Source: Spirochaetia bacterium (GTDB lineage: Bacteria > Spirochaetota > Spirochaetia > CADAEX01). Taken from it: DNA of 64,000 nucleotides. Below, piece by piece: positions 36,806 to 47,109 of this stretch. Within the stretch, counting starts at the first letter, position 1. Every line of letters starts with the position of its first letter. The stretch spans positions 2,656,001 through 2,720,000 of the forward strand of contig OY759746.1 in assembly GCA_963662795.1 (NCBI GenBank). The letters are read 5' to 3'. The notes under the pieces were generated by a model that ran no database searches, had not been told where the DNA came from, and worked only from the letters and a program-made list of their open reading frames with translations. The position numbers and the translations under genes are program-made.

Positions 36806-38812
36806 TTATTTTTTAAATATTGCATTAATATCTTCAAACATTTTCTTCGTTCTGTCCACATCCGGTATTGCATCCATTGTGTAATTGTTTAAAAGATTTA
36901 CCGGAAGTTCTTCGAGAAACCGTGATGGTCTTGAATCAATAATATCACGCAGATATCGTCTCTGCCTGCAGGAAGTTATAAAAAGTTTTTTCCGTGCCCT
37001 TGTGATTGCGACATAAAAAAGTCGTCTTTCTTCTTCAATGTTGCTTTCATTTTCTTCGATTGCGCGCGCGTGAGGTATTATTGAGTCTTCAACTCCCGCA
37101 AGGAATACTATATCAAACTCAAGGCCCTTGGCCGCATGTATTGTCATCAGGTTTACTTTCCCCTGCTCATTGTCGTCGATATCATCCCGGGTGATGAGTG
37201 TTATCCTGTTCAGGTACTTGAAAATATCAGGATCAATATTATCGGGGTCGCTTTCCCACCTTTCAAGCAGGTCTGTGAATATTTTTATATTTTTGAATTT
37301 CCATTTTGCCACTTTTTCATTTTTCTGATATTCATTAACAAGATAGCCCCAGTAATCGATATTCTCAACAAATTCTTCGAGGGTTTTTGCCATCTTTTTT
37401 CCTGATAAAAATCTTGACCTGAAAAAACCGGTTAGATCAAGAAATTCCTGGAGCGACCCTTTTATTTTATCTGAAAGCCCATGCTCATTTGAATGACAGA
37501 TTGCGCTGATTGCGGAATAAAGCGAACATTTTTTGTTTTTCGCAATTGTGCTGATAACTTCAACAGATTTTTTTCCAATTCCCCGTCTTGGAGTATTTAT
37601 TATTCTGAGCAGGTTAACATCGTCATCAGGGTTTGTCATAATTCTTAAATACGCGATAAGATCTTTTACTTCCTGCCGCTGGAAAAAACTTGTTCCGCCT
37701 GAAACCTTGTATGGAATACCTGCACCCAGGAGAGCGTCTTCAATTGAAGCGGCAAGGCTGTTTGTCCTTATAAGTATTCCGAAACTGTGGTAATTGAGGT
37801 TTTCCTGTTTTTTATGGTATTTTATCATCTCCGCGATAAAATCGCTCTCCCGTGAATCATTTTCAGGGTAATATATTTCTATAAGGTTTCCGCTTTCTGT
37901 TCCTGTCCAGAGTTCTTTTGCTTTCCTGTTCTTATTGTTTGAGATAAGTGTGTTTGCAGCTTTAAGTATATTGCCTGAAGACCTGTAGTTCTGCTCAAGC
38001 TTTATTTCTTCCACCTCGGGAAAGTCCTTCTCATATTGAAGAATATTGGAATAATCAGCCCCGCGCCATGAATAGATTGACTGGTCATCATCCCCGACAG
38101 CGCAGATGTTCCTCGATTTTTCCGCGAGGAGCTGCACCAGGTTATACTGTATCCGGGAAGTGTCCTGGAATTCATCAACCATAATGTATTTGTATTTTTC
38201 CCTGTATTTCTCAAGGATATCGCTGTTTTCCCTGAAGAGTTTTAGGGGGAGGGTAATAAGGTCGTCAAAATCGACTGCGTTATAGACTTTAAGGTGGTCA
38301 AGATACTCTTCGTATATATCCTTGTATTCCTGTGTATTTTCCGTCCACTTTGCAAGACCTGTTTTTATGGATGAAAATATTGATGAAAGGCTGTAAAGAT
38401 CAAGCGAGTTGGGATCGATCTTAAGCTCCCTTGCAGTGCTTTTAATAAGCGAAATTTTATCTGTCTGGTCATAAATGCTGAAATTTGTCCTGTACCCGAG
38501 TCTCTCGATTTCTTCACGGAGAATTTTTACCCCGAACGCATGGAATGTGGATACTGTGAGGTTTGTCAGCTTTTTACCTGTAATCTTTTTTACCCGCTCT
38601 TCCATTTCTCTTGCAGCCTTGTTTGTAAAGGTAAGGGCCAGGATGGAAGCCTGCAGTATTCCCTGTGATAGCATATATGCCATCCGGTAGGTGATTGTCC
38701 TTGTTTTCCCTGATCCGGCACCTGCTATTATCAAAAGAGGCCCTTCTATTGTTGTAACAGTTTTTAACTGCTGCGGGTTGAGCTGTTTTTTTACTTCATC
38801 AAGATTGAACAT
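36806..38812 (-). CDS. ATP-dependent DNA helicase UvrD/PcrA/Rep family
   Basis: AGAGSGKT, TFTNKAA, VDEFQDT, GDDDQSIY, TIHAAKGLE, EERRLFYVAITRA; start MFNL at 38812 coupled to the upstream stop. Confidence 0.95.
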   Translation of the reverse strand: MFNLDEVKKQLNPQQLKTVTTIEGPLLIIAGAGSGKTRTITYRMAYMLSQGILQASILALTFTNKAAREMEERVKKITGKKLTNLTVSTFHAFGVKILREEIERLGYRTNFSIYDQTDKISLIKSTARELKIDPNSLDLYSLSSIFSSIKTGLAKWTENTQEYKDIYEEYLDHLKVYNAVDFDDLITLPLKLFRENSDILEKYREKYKYIMVDEFQDTSRIQYNLVQLLAEKSRNICAVGDDDQSIYSWRGADYSNILQYEKDFPEVEEIKLEQNYRSSGNILKAANTLISNNKNRKAKELWTGTESGNLIEIYYPENDSRESDFIAEMIKYHKKQENLNYHSFGILIRTNSLAASIEDALLGAGIPYKVSGGTSFFQRQEVKDLIAYLRIMTNPDDDVNLLRIINTPRRGIGKKSVEVISTIAKNKKCSLYSAISAICHSNEHGLSDKIKGSLQEFLDLTGFFRSRFLSGKKMAKTLEEFVENIDYWGYLVNEYQKNEKVAKWKFKNIKIFTDLLERWESDPDNIDPDIFKYLNRITLITRDDIDDNEQGKVNLMTIHAAKGLEFDIVFLAGVEDSIIPHARAIEENESNIEEERRLFYVAITRARKKLFITSCRQRRYLRDIIDSRPSRFLEELPVNLLNNYTMDAIPDVDRTKKMFEDINAIFKK

Positions 38813-39297
38813 CAGATAAAGACCCTTTTTGTGAGAAACGAGAAGGTTTCTACACCGAAAAAAGCGACAAGCGAAACAATAATACCTGCAATCACAACTC
38901 CCGCGCTTACTGACAGCATTGTTTTTCTTTTCCCGAGTCCCAGCACCCACGCGCCCATGGTTCCTGTATAGGCACCGGTTACAGGCAGGGGTATCGCAAC
39001 AAAGAGCATTATGCCTATGTACCCGTATTTTTCTATACTGGATTTTACTTTGTTTCGCGTTTTGACTACCAGTTTTTCAAAAATGATGTTATACCAGCTG
39101 AATCTTGTAAAAAGCCGGTGAAATGTTGCGATAAAAAAGTAAAACAGCGGCGCGACAAGCATATTAAAGCCCACGCAGTAGATATATGCGAACAGCGGGT
39201 CTGCCTTTTTAGCGAGGGCGTAGGGAATTGCCCCCCTGAGTTCTGATATCGGCAGAAGGGATAAAAGCGCTGTAAAAATGAGGTCGGTTTGAGTCAA
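38812..39297 (-). CDS. small multi-drug export family (COG2426) membrane protein
   Basis: LLPISELRGAIP, LFVAIPLPVTGAYTG. Confidence 0.9.
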   Translation of the reverse strand: MTQTDLIFTALLSLLPISELRGAIPYALAKKADPLFAYIYCVGFNMLVAPLFYFFIATFHRLFTRFSWYNIIFEKLVVKTRNKVKSSIEKYGYIGIMLFVAIPLPVTGAYTGTMGAWVLGLGKRKTMLSVSAGVVIAGIIVSLVAFFGVETFSFLTKRVFI

Positions 39298-39430
39298 ATC
39301 AGGAATCTCCTTACAGGTGAGGATTTTAACCCGCCAGGATTTTTTTGGGAATATGGTTAGAGAGGAAAAACAGATAAAGTTATTCCTCTCTCTGTTTTTA
39401 CTTTTAAAAGGCAGAAGGGAGCGGGGCGGG

Positions 39431-40570
39431 TCAGCCCTTTCCAGGGAAAAGGAGCTTTTTTATGCTGATGGCCTTCGCGGGGCATATCTCATGGCAACAG
39501 TAGCAGTTGATGCATTTTTTATAGTCTATGTGCACCCTGCTGTCGGGCCCGGTCGGAAGGGTCAGGGCTCCTGCCGGGCATATCCTTACGCAGTAGCCGC
39601 ACTCAATGCATTTATCGTGATCAAAAACAGGACGCGGAATGGTAAACCTTTTCAGTATCTCGAAAAAGAGGGGCGGCATTTTATCCTTAAACATAGATGC
39701 GTCTTTTAATATCTTTATCCTGTCAAAATCCTTTACAACAAGGTCTTCGATTTTTTCTCCCCTTATTTCAAAGCCGGCAACACTGTCGAGCCAGTATTTT
39801 CTCTCAAGCGCGTCAGTTATTACAGGAAGGTCAAGCGGGTTATAGCCCATAATGGAGGAGGCAGCGATATCAAGGGCAAGGGGATTTGAGGACGCGAGGA
39901 TCACCCCAGTCTGACGGGGAGAGCCGCTTCCGGGGCCGTGCCCTTCCATTGCTGTTATCCCGTCCATAATGGAATAGACATTTTTTACCGCGAGGTTTAA
40001 GTCTACAATCATGCGGGCGAAAAGATTCCTTTCTGAAAAGCGGAGGTGAAAGGAAGCTTTTTTTAATCCCGGAATGAGGCCGAAAATATTTTTCATTGCC
40101 CCGGTATAATAAAGGAGCTGATGCGTTTTCATCTTGGGAAGTGAAACTATAACATCCGCCTTTTTTATTACAGAAGCAAGATTAAAGCTTTTGACAAGTT
40201 TACCTGAAGGGTTCTTTACTGTAACGGAATCGGAAAAATCAACCCATGTACCGCCAGCGCTTGTAACAGCTTCCATAATGCCGGATTTTTTTCCTCCGGC
40301 ATCAGATGAGTGGTAGCCCGGAGAATCTCCTGCGAGCACCTCTCTGGCGCCGAGCTCGAGGAAGAGGAGAACGCACTGTTTTACAAATTCAGGGTGTGTT
40401 GTAACTGCCTTTTCAGGCGCTGAAGCTGACAGGATATTGGGCTTTAGTAGTACTGTTTTCCCTTTGACGTCAGGAAGGTCCCCCGACAGCTTTACCGCCT
40501 CCCTGATGGAAGATGCAAGCTGTGAAGGAGAATACGAGGCGCATCTGACAGCTGAGGTAATTCTGTTCAA
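39431..40570 (-). CDS. DUF362 domain protein with C-terminal 2[4Fe-4S] ferredoxin
   Basis: VLLKPNIL, TTHPEFV, PKMKTH, GAMKN, MEGHGP; CIECGYCVRICP and CINCYCCHEICP; TTG start 40570 after GGAG. Confidence 0.9.
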   Translation of the reverse strand: MNRITSAVRCASYSPSQLASSIREAVKLSGDLPDVKGKTVLLKPNILSASAPEKAVTTHPEFVKQCVLLFLELGAREVLAGDSPGYHSSDAGGKKSGIMEAVTSAGGTWVDFSDSVTVKNPSGKLVKSFNLASVIKKADVIVSLPKMKTHQLLYYTGAMKNIFGLIPGLKKASFHLRFSERNLFARMIVDLNLAVKNVYSIMDGITAMEGHGPGSGSPRQTGVILASSNPLALDIAASSIMGYNPLDLPVITDALERKYWLDSVAGFEIRGEKIEDLVVKDFDRIKILKDASMFKDKMPPLFFEILKRFTIPRPVFDHDKCIECGYCVRICPAGALTLPTGPDSRVHIDYKKCINCYCCHEICPAKAISIKKLLFPGKG

Positions 40571-40648
40571 TTTTTTTTCTCCATTTTCAGGTGTAGTTTT
40601 TAAATATCTTTTAAAGACTATATATGGTATTAAACATGTCTGCAATAA

Positions 40649-42589
40649 TTAAAAATAATATCCGGCAGATAATCCGTATGCAAGATTGCTTAAGTCGGCA
40701 ACCTCGCCCGCAATCATTGTGCCGATGCTGAATCTTTTCCACGCGTAACTGTACTTTAATGCCGTAATTGTCATACCCTCAATCGGTACAACAATAAACC
40801 CCACGCTGTGTATTACAGTGTCAGGATCCTTTGTCCATGCCGCTGTCAGAAGAGGGAAAGCCCCTTCACTAAAGCCTAATACTGACAGGCCGAAATATCC
40901 TGTTTTCGTAAATTTGCAGAGGAACCCTGCATCTAATGTTAGAGAAAGCTCCCTGTTATCGTCAGAAGGTATGGATAAAAACCCGATCTGGGCAGGGAAA
41001 AGCCATTTGTTGCGGTTTTCATCAGTCTGAATTTTATTTCCCTTCCCTCCGAAATTGTAGCCGTACCCAATGAGTATTTCTGATGTGTATGTTGAAAGAT
41101 TAAAATCTCCATCATCGTCTTCAATACTATCGTAGTATCCGTATTCAAGCAGAGATGCGGATGAAACTCTCATACCGAGGCTGAAAACATGTCTTTTTAT
41201 TTTAAGGCTGTATTCAAGTCCTGCCAGTATCCCCATTGTATCATCTGCGAGGTCATAATAATTAATATCAGGGATAAGATCACCTGCTTCTTCCATACCG
41301 CCTCCCCTTTCATATGTGTCCCGGTAAAAGAGTCCCAAAAGGAAGCCGAATCTGCCGAAATCGGTTTTATACATATATTTCAGCATAAGAGGGATCTCTG
41401 TTGTTTTCATATATTCAGTTTCTCCTCCATCTTTATAGAAAACAAGCTCCTTCCTGTTATATTCAGTCCTCAGGCTTATATTGTTTAAAATCTGGTATTC
41501 AAGGAAAAAACCTGCAACCGGAGACAGGTTTTTCTGCGAATTTACTTCATCCAGATCAAATACATTCTCTACATTGTTCTCATTGCTTTCTGTCTCGTTG
41601 ATCCTGCTGTTGCCTGCCCCTGCATGAAACCCGATAATAATTTCCCGTTTATCAGGAACCGGTTTTGCATCGAGTTCTGTTTCCCACGCCGCCCGTTCAT
41701 TTCTGTATTTATCGCGCAGTTCTGAAAGGCTAAGATTATAGGGGGTGTCGATAAGGAGCGATTCAATTTTATTGTAGGCATCAACTACCTTATCCTTTCT
41801 CGAAGTTTTATCCCTGTTTTTTTCAATTATTTTATCGAAATCTGAAAGAACCTCCTGCTCATCCTCAAGAAGGTAGGGGATTACGAGTGAAATTCTGCTT
41901 TCCGCCCCTTCCCTTACAGTTATTTTTTCCGTATGGATAACGTATGTACCTGTCATCCTGTTCTGTTTAATCTGTACGATCCGCTCTCCGGTCAGCACCT
42001 GCCTGAATGAATCTGTATCGGCAGGGTATTCCTCACCGTCAATAAAGGGGATAAACGAGCCCTTGTCCGATGCAAATGTTATTGCTATTGATCCGAATGC
42101 GATATGGCGGCCGCTGAAACCCTCGATAAGTGAAAAGGTTATCCTGTCTGTTGTGCTGAATATATCGAGCGCCGATTCCGCTTTTTCTTTTCTTGTTATA
42201 GTTGTTTTTTCCGCCTCTCGACTGAATACCGACATTTCAATTGTAAAAGAATCATCCCTTTCCTGGACCGCCCTGCCGTAAACAAGATTATCAATTTTTT
42301 CTCTTGTGCAGTACGCAAGCATCTCTTCCCTTGAGTATCCGGCAAGGGGCGCCGGATCCTTTACATATTCATATTCGTTCATGAACCTGAGTATCAGTCC
42401 TGCCGTATCTGTCACCCTGCCTGATATAATGTTGAGCTGAATATTGTTTTTATCCGCGATTGAAACAGGAATCACAGCTACCCTCGGTTTTACCTCCTGG
42501 GCTTCCAGTCTGTCCGGGAATGGGGTAGCGGCCGCAAGCGCTGAAAATATGAATGCTGCAACAATAATTCTGATTGATTTGTATTTCAT
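40649..42589 (-). CDS. hypothetical outer-membrane protein (periplasmic N-terminal domains + beta-barrel)
   Basis: Signal peptide; PRVAVIP alpha/beta N-domain; alternating beta strands (EIPLMLKY, LIGYGYNF); terminal LSAGYYF BAM-like signal. Confidence 0.7.
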   Translation of the reverse strand: MKYKSIRIIVAAFIFSALAAATPFPDRLEAQEVKPRVAVIPVSIADKNNIQLNIISGRVTDTAGLILRFMNEYEYVKDPAPLAGYSREEMLAYCTREKIDNLVYGRAVQERDDSFTIEMSVFSREAEKTTITRKEKAESALDIFSTTDRITFSLIEGFSGRHIAFGSIAITFASDKGSFIPFIDGEEYPADTDSFRQVLTGERIVQIKQNRMTGTYVIHTEKITVREGAESRISLVIPYLLEDEQEVLSDFDKIIEKNRDKTSRKDKVVDAYNKIESLLIDTPYNLSLSELRDKYRNERAAWETELDAKPVPDKREIIIGFHAGAGNSRINETESNENNVENVFDLDEVNSQKNLSPVAGFFLEYQILNNISLRTEYNRKELVFYKDGGETEYMKTTEIPLMLKYMYKTDFGRFGFLLGLFYRDTYERGGGMEEAGDLIPDINYYDLADDTMGILAGLEYSLKIKRHVFSLGMRVSSASLLEYGYYDSIEDDDGDFNLSTYTSEILIGYGYNFGGKGNKIQTDENRNKWLFPAQIGFLSIPSDDNRELSLTLDAGFLCKFTKTGYFGLSVLGFSEGAFPLLTAAWTKDPDTVIHSVGFIVVPIEGMTITALKYSYAWKRFSIGTMIAGEVADLSNLAYGLSAGYYF

Positions 42590-42679
42590 AGCAGAGCTCC
42601 TTATGTCATCCGCAGTTTCAGCTGTCGGATATGGCATATACCTGTTTAAGTATTAATTCTATCATAAATATGGTGACGA

Positions 42680-43525
42680 TTAAAGTTTATTAATTACAGA
42701 ATAGTATATCGGCCCTGATCCGCCTGTTTTATCAGGCATGATCAGATTTCCCCATTCAGTTTTTTCAGGAATGAAATCCCGTCCGGAGCCGGCTTCTTCG
42801 ATTTTATCTGATATTATCTCAAACAGGCCTGCCCTTTTTTTAAAAAGCTTTTCAATAATTCCATCGTTTTCTGAAGGTGATATTGAGCATGTTGAATAAA
42901 CAATTTTTCCTCCATGCTTTGCAGCATCGAGTGCGGCGGCAAGCATGGCGAACTGTCTTTCCGAAAGCTGCCTTGACCGCGCCGGGCTCCAGTTATCGAG
43001 GTGGGGTTTTGACAGATACACATGCCGCTCCGATGAGCAGGGAGCGTCAAGCAGAACGCGGTCGTAAATATTTTTCTCATATATGCCCCACCTCGAGGCA
43101 TCGTGGCCTGTTACTGTAACGCTTTCGCGCAGCCGGGGGGGGAGAGAACCTTCAAGCACTTTTATAAGGCGGTTTCTGCGGTCAGGCGACCTGTCGTTTG
43201 CAGTTATTGTCCCGCTGCATTTGCCGTCATCTTTTTCCCGGCTTCCTGTGCCCGGCGCCTGCGCGAGCGCGAGCGCTATAAGAAGGGTTTTCCCCCCCGG
43301 CGCCGCGCACATGTCAAGTATCTTCTGCCCCGGCGCTATGTCAAGCGCGCGGACCGGATAAACAGAAGCGCTGTCCATGTAATACGGGGATAAAAGGCCT
43401 TCCCCTAAAATCATATAATCAGGTTCTTTTTCAAACGCCTCTTTTAAACTGTCCCAGCGGGATCCGTATATTGATTCATAAAAATCATTAAAAGCTTTTT
43501 CGCCTTTTAACTTTATTTTTTTCAC
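42680..43525 (-). CDS. RsmB/NOP2/NSUN-family m5C RNA methyltransferase
   Basis: LDMCAAPGGKT, DRVLLDAPCS, VYSTCSISPSEN. Confidence 0.92.
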   Translation of the reverse strand: MKKIKLKGEKAFNDFYESIYGSRWDSLKEAFEKEPDYMILGEGLLSPYYMDSASVYPVRALDIAPGQKILDMCAAPGGKTLLIALALAQAPGTGSREKDDGKCSGTITANDRSPDRRNRLIKVLEGSLPPRLRESVTVTGHDASRWGIYEKNIYDRVLLDAPCSSERHVYLSKPHLDNWSPARSRQLSERQFAMLAAALDAAKHGGKIVYSTCSISPSENDGIIEKLFKKRAGLFEIISDKIEEAGSGRDFIPEKTEWGNLIMPDKTGGSGPIYYSVINKL

Positions 43526-43629
43526 TTTAACTGTCTGTCCCTGTTTGGATAATCTTATTAAAATTGCTATATTGTACCCGGAGCAGAGGTATTTTTACAT
43601 CTGGTTAATAAAATGTCAAATGAGGAATT

Positions 43630-44283
43630 ATGAAATATAAAGCAGCTATATTTGATCTTGACGGGACCCTGATCGAAACAGCAGATGATATCGGTTTTTA
43701 CATCAATTTGATTCTCAAGAGGCACTCGTTCCCCGAAATCAGCCTTGATAATGTATCCTCAATTGTAGGATGGGGCCTAAAGGATGCCATGGAAAAAGCA
43801 CTCTCCGGAGCTGAACCTGATGACAAAAAAATTGAGAAATACACAGAAGAACTGATCGAAGAGTATGCTCTTGACCCTGTAATAGATACCTATATTTATG
43901 ATGGGATTGTTGAACTTTTAAAAAAAATCGAAATGAAAGGGATAAAAAGCGCTGTTTACTCGAACAAGGCTCATCCAGTAACAACGCGGATTGTTGATAA
44001 GCTTTTCCCGTCAGGGCAGTTCGAAATTGTAAGAGGTGCTGTGGAAGGGTTTCCCAAAAAACCCAATCCTGACGGGGCATTGCTGATTGCGGAAAAATTA
44101 GGCTTTAAACCACAGGATATCCTGTACATAGGAGATTCCGATGTCGACTGCCTCACCGCGAAAAACGGCGGGTTTGATTTTGCCGCGGTACTCTGGGGGT
44201 ACAGGACAAAAGAGCAGCTTGAGAAAGCCGGAGCGGCAAAGTTTGCTTTAAAGCCTTCCGACCTTGTTGATTTCTTAATCTGA
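43630..44283 (+). CDS. HAD-family hydrolase (phosphoglycolate phosphatase-like)
   Basis: FDLDGTL, SNK, KKPNP, YIGDSDVD. Confidence 0.9.
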   Translation: MKYKAAIFDLDGTLIETADDIGFYINLILKRHSFPEISLDNVSSIVGWGLKDAMEKALSGAEPDDKKIEKYTEELIEEYALDPVIDTYIYDGIVELLKKIEMKGIKSAVYSNKAHPVTTRIVDKLFPSGQFEIVRGAVEGFPKKPNPDGALLIAEKLGFKPQDILYIGDSDVDCLTAKNGGFDFAAVLWGYRTKEQLEKAGAAKFALKPSDLVDFLI

Positions 44284-44353
44284 TTTGATTTTTACGTCAA
44301 ACAATGTATTATATAATTATACTTGATAAATATACCTGTGAAGGAAGGATGTC

Positions 44354-46105
44354 ATGGAAAAAAATGAAATAAAAAAACTGGCAGAAGAATATATCAGACT
44401 TGAAAAGGTCATGGACTTCCGGGATGAGGTTTCAAAACTGCTTTCTGAAGAAAATTACAGCGAGCTTGGAGACCGGTTCTACAGGGAGCTTGATTTTGGG
44501 ACAGGGGGGATCCGGGGAGTTATCGGAGGGGGTTACAACAGGCTGAATCCTTTCATAATAAGAAAAACAACACAGGGACTTGCAAACTACATCAACAAGG
44601 CTGTAAAGCATGACAGCGGGGGAAGCGGAAATGAGGCGTCTGTCGCAATTGCCTATGATTCAAGAAGATTCTCGCCCCTTTTTGCACTGGAGGCGGCGCT
44701 TGTTCTATGCGCAAACAATATCAGGGTTAATCTGTTTACATCCTTAAGACCGACGCCTGAGCTCTCCTTTGCGGTAAGGGAGTTGGGCTGTACCGCCGGT
44801 ATTGTAATTACCGCAAGCCATAATCCTGCAGAATATAACGGATATAAGGTTTCCTGGTCAGACGGAGGGCAGGTAGTAGAGCCCCATGACAGGCTGATAA
44901 TAGAAGAAGTACGCAACAGCGCGGGAGAAGATATCAGGGAAATGACGGAGAAAGAGGCCGTTGATAAAAAGCTTCTTAAATATATTGACCGTGAAATTGA
45001 TGAGCCTTACCTTGAAATGGTAAAAGGGTGCTTCCTCCGGCCTGATCTCGTAAGAAAGAAGGGAAAGACACTGAAAATTGTCTATACGCCGCTCCACGGC
45101 GCAGGAAGGATCTCTGTCGAAAAGGCACTGAAAGATGCAGGGATTGATGTAATTACAGTACCGGAGCAGGCAGAACCTGACGGCAATTTCCCGACTGTAA
45201 AGTTTCCTAATCCAGAAGAAGCTTCAGCGATGGCTATGGCTTTAAAACTTGCCGGTGAAGTCGATGCGGACCTTGTAATGGGGACTGACCCCGATTCGGA
45301 CAGGATAGGGATCGCAGTCCCGGACGGCGGGGAATTTACACTTATAAACGGAAACCAGCTCGGTTCAATGCTTTCTTACTACATCCTTTCGACCCTAAAG
45401 GCGCAGGGAAGGATGCCGGATAAACCTGCCATTATAAAAACAATTGTCACAACTGAACTTCAGCGCCTCATAGGCGAGAGTTTCGGGGTCAGCGTTTATG
45501 ATGTTCTTACCGGATTCAAGTGGATTGCAGACCTTATTGCCAGATTTGAAAAAACAGGCGAGAATTATGTTTTCGGCGGAGAGGAAAGCTACGGCTTTCT
45601 TGTCGGGACCAGGGTGCGTGACAAGGATGCGGTTTCAGCTGCAGTTGTAACAGCTGAAATGGCTCTCTTCAGCAGGGAAAACGGAATGTCTGTTCTTGAT
45701 TTTCTCAATTCGATATATGAAAAATACGGATATTTCAGAGAGAGCCAGGTATCGGGGACATTCAAAGGGCAGAGCGGTCTTGAGATTATGAAAAACCTTA
45801 TGGGCGGTTTGAGAAGCTCTCCGCCTGAACAGATCGGCGGGATCAGGATAAAAGAAGCAAGGGATTACAAGAACAGAATAACAATCAACAATATTAAACT
45901 CCCTGAAGCAGATGTTCTTCAGTTTTCCCTTGAAGACGGCAGCATGATTACTGTACGCCCCTCAGGTACGGAGCCGAAGATAAAGTTCTATATTTCCTGC
46001 AGGGAAAAACCGGGTAAGAAACTTGAACAGGCAAAAGCTGATGCAGGAATAAAAGCCGCGGCAATGGAAAAAGATATTAAAAAAATAATAGACAGCGCAA
46101 ACTAG
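44354..46105 (+). CDS. pgm: phosphoglucomutase/phosphomannomutase
   Basis: FGTGGIRG, ITASHNP, TDPDSDR, GGEES, RPSGTEPK. Confidence 0.92.
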   Translation: MEKNEIKKLAEEYIRLEKVMDFRDEVSKLLSEENYSELGDRFYRELDFGTGGIRGVIGGGYNRLNPFIIRKTTQGLANYINKAVKHDSGGSGNEASVAIAYDSRRFSPLFALEAALVLCANNIRVNLFTSLRPTPELSFAVRELGCTAGIVITASHNPAEYNGYKVSWSDGGQVVEPHDRLIIEEVRNSAGEDIREMTEKEAVDKKLLKYIDREIDEPYLEMVKGCFLRPDLVRKKGKTLKIVYTPLHGAGRISVEKALKDAGIDVITVPEQAEPDGNFPTVKFPNPEEASAMAMALKLAGEVDADLVMGTDPDSDRIGIAVPDGGEFTLINGNQLGSMLSYYILSTLKAQGRMPDKPAIIKTIVTTELQRLIGESFGVSVYDVLTGFKWIADLIARFEKTGENYVFGGEESYGFLVGTRVRDKDAVSAAVVTAEMALFSRENGMSVLDFLNSIYEKYGYFRESQVSGTFKGQSGLEIMKNLMGGLRSSPPEQIGGIRIKEARDYKNRITINNIKLPEADVLQFSLEDGSMITVRPSGTEPKIKFYISCREKPGKKLEQAKADAGIKAAAMEKDIKKIIDSAN

Positions 46106-46117
46106 GGGGATTATCTA

Positions 46118-46369
46118 ATGGAAAGCGGCGAATGGTACAGGGAAAAAGCGTTTAACGCTAAAAACGGAAAGGATGAATGGAAATATTATTATATAAGGGA
46201 GCTTATTCCGGAAAACAATTCAGCTGAAATGGATGTTTACAGAATTTATTTTGACGGCAGGATCTCAGCTCCGAGAAAATGGACATCCCCTTCCGATCTG
46301 ATTGAAACGATGACCAAAGTTTCAGGTGATTATGCTTGTTCTGTTCTTAAAATAAAACCGCCGCAGTAA
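46118..46369 (+). CDS. hypothetical protein
   Basis: 83-aa ORF with AGGGGG RBS immediately after pgm; no recognisable motif. Confidence 0.55.
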   Translation: MESGEWYREKAFNAKNGKDEWKYYYIRELIPENNSAEMDVYRIYFDGRISAPRKWTSPSDLIETMTKVSGDYACSVLKIKPPQ

Positions 46370-46407
46370 TTTTTTTAAGTCCTCTGCGGCGATGCGCCGT
46401 AACCGGT

Positions 46408-46911
46408 TTATTCTTCTGTATCTACCGGAGTTTTGCTTTCGGTTATGGTGCCGTCTACATCACCCGGCAGATACGGTATTTTCAGGTTGAAAGATTTATA
46501 AACTACAAAAGTTTCAGAGACTGTTATCCCCTTTATCTGAGAAAGTTCCTGGTCAAGGAACTCAAGTATCCCCAGTTCCTTGTCGAGATGAACAAGAATA
46601 ATAAAATCATATCTTCCTGTAACAACGCAGACATGTATAACCCTTTTTAGTTTGCTCAGCTTTTCTCCTGTTTTGACATAGCTTAAGTCCTTGACCTGAA
46701 TTCCCACAAGTACAATCTGGTGGTCCTGCAGTACTTCTGGGTTAAGCACTGTTGTAATATCAATTACCTTGTCTTTTTCAAGTTTTCTTACTCTTGATTT
46801 TACAGTGTTTTCCGCAATTGAAAGATCATCCGCTATTTCCTTATAGGATTTTCTCCCTTTCTGAAGATGGGAAATGATTTTTTTATTAAGTTCATCAAGT
46901 TTAATATGCAT
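46408..46911 (-). CDS. Lrp/AsnC-family transcriptional regulator
   Basis: LDELNKKII..GRKSYKEIA..ENTVKSRVRKL HTH; VTGRYDF; divergent from gcv. Confidence 0.92.
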   Translation of the reverse strand: MHIKLDELNKKIISHLQKGRKSYKEIADDLSIAENTVKSRVRKLEKDKVIDITTVLNPEVLQDHQIVLVGIQVKDLSYVKTGEKLSKLKRVIHVCVVTGRYDFIILVHLDKELGILEFLDQELSQIKGITVSETFVVYKSFNLKIPYLPGDVDGTITESKTPVDTEE

Positions 46912-47109
46912 AAATTGTTCTCCCGTCTTATTATACAGCCAATAACTTTTTTCTGCAATTTTAAAATGTGCAATTAATGATGAAAACATATAAGATTAAG
47001 ATAAAATATGATTATATTATCAATAATATATTGACAAATTGATTATATGGGATAAGTATAATTAGATAGGTATTTAAAAATCCAGAGTTAGCCTTAAGGA
47101 GGCAGTATT

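Noticed and set aside
46990-47109. Glycine riboswitch ahead of gcvT
   Set aside because: The region is short and very AT-rich with no aptamer-like structure; the divergent Lrp regulator is the simpler explanation. TTGACA and TATAAT here are 20 nt apart, so the promoter was not called.
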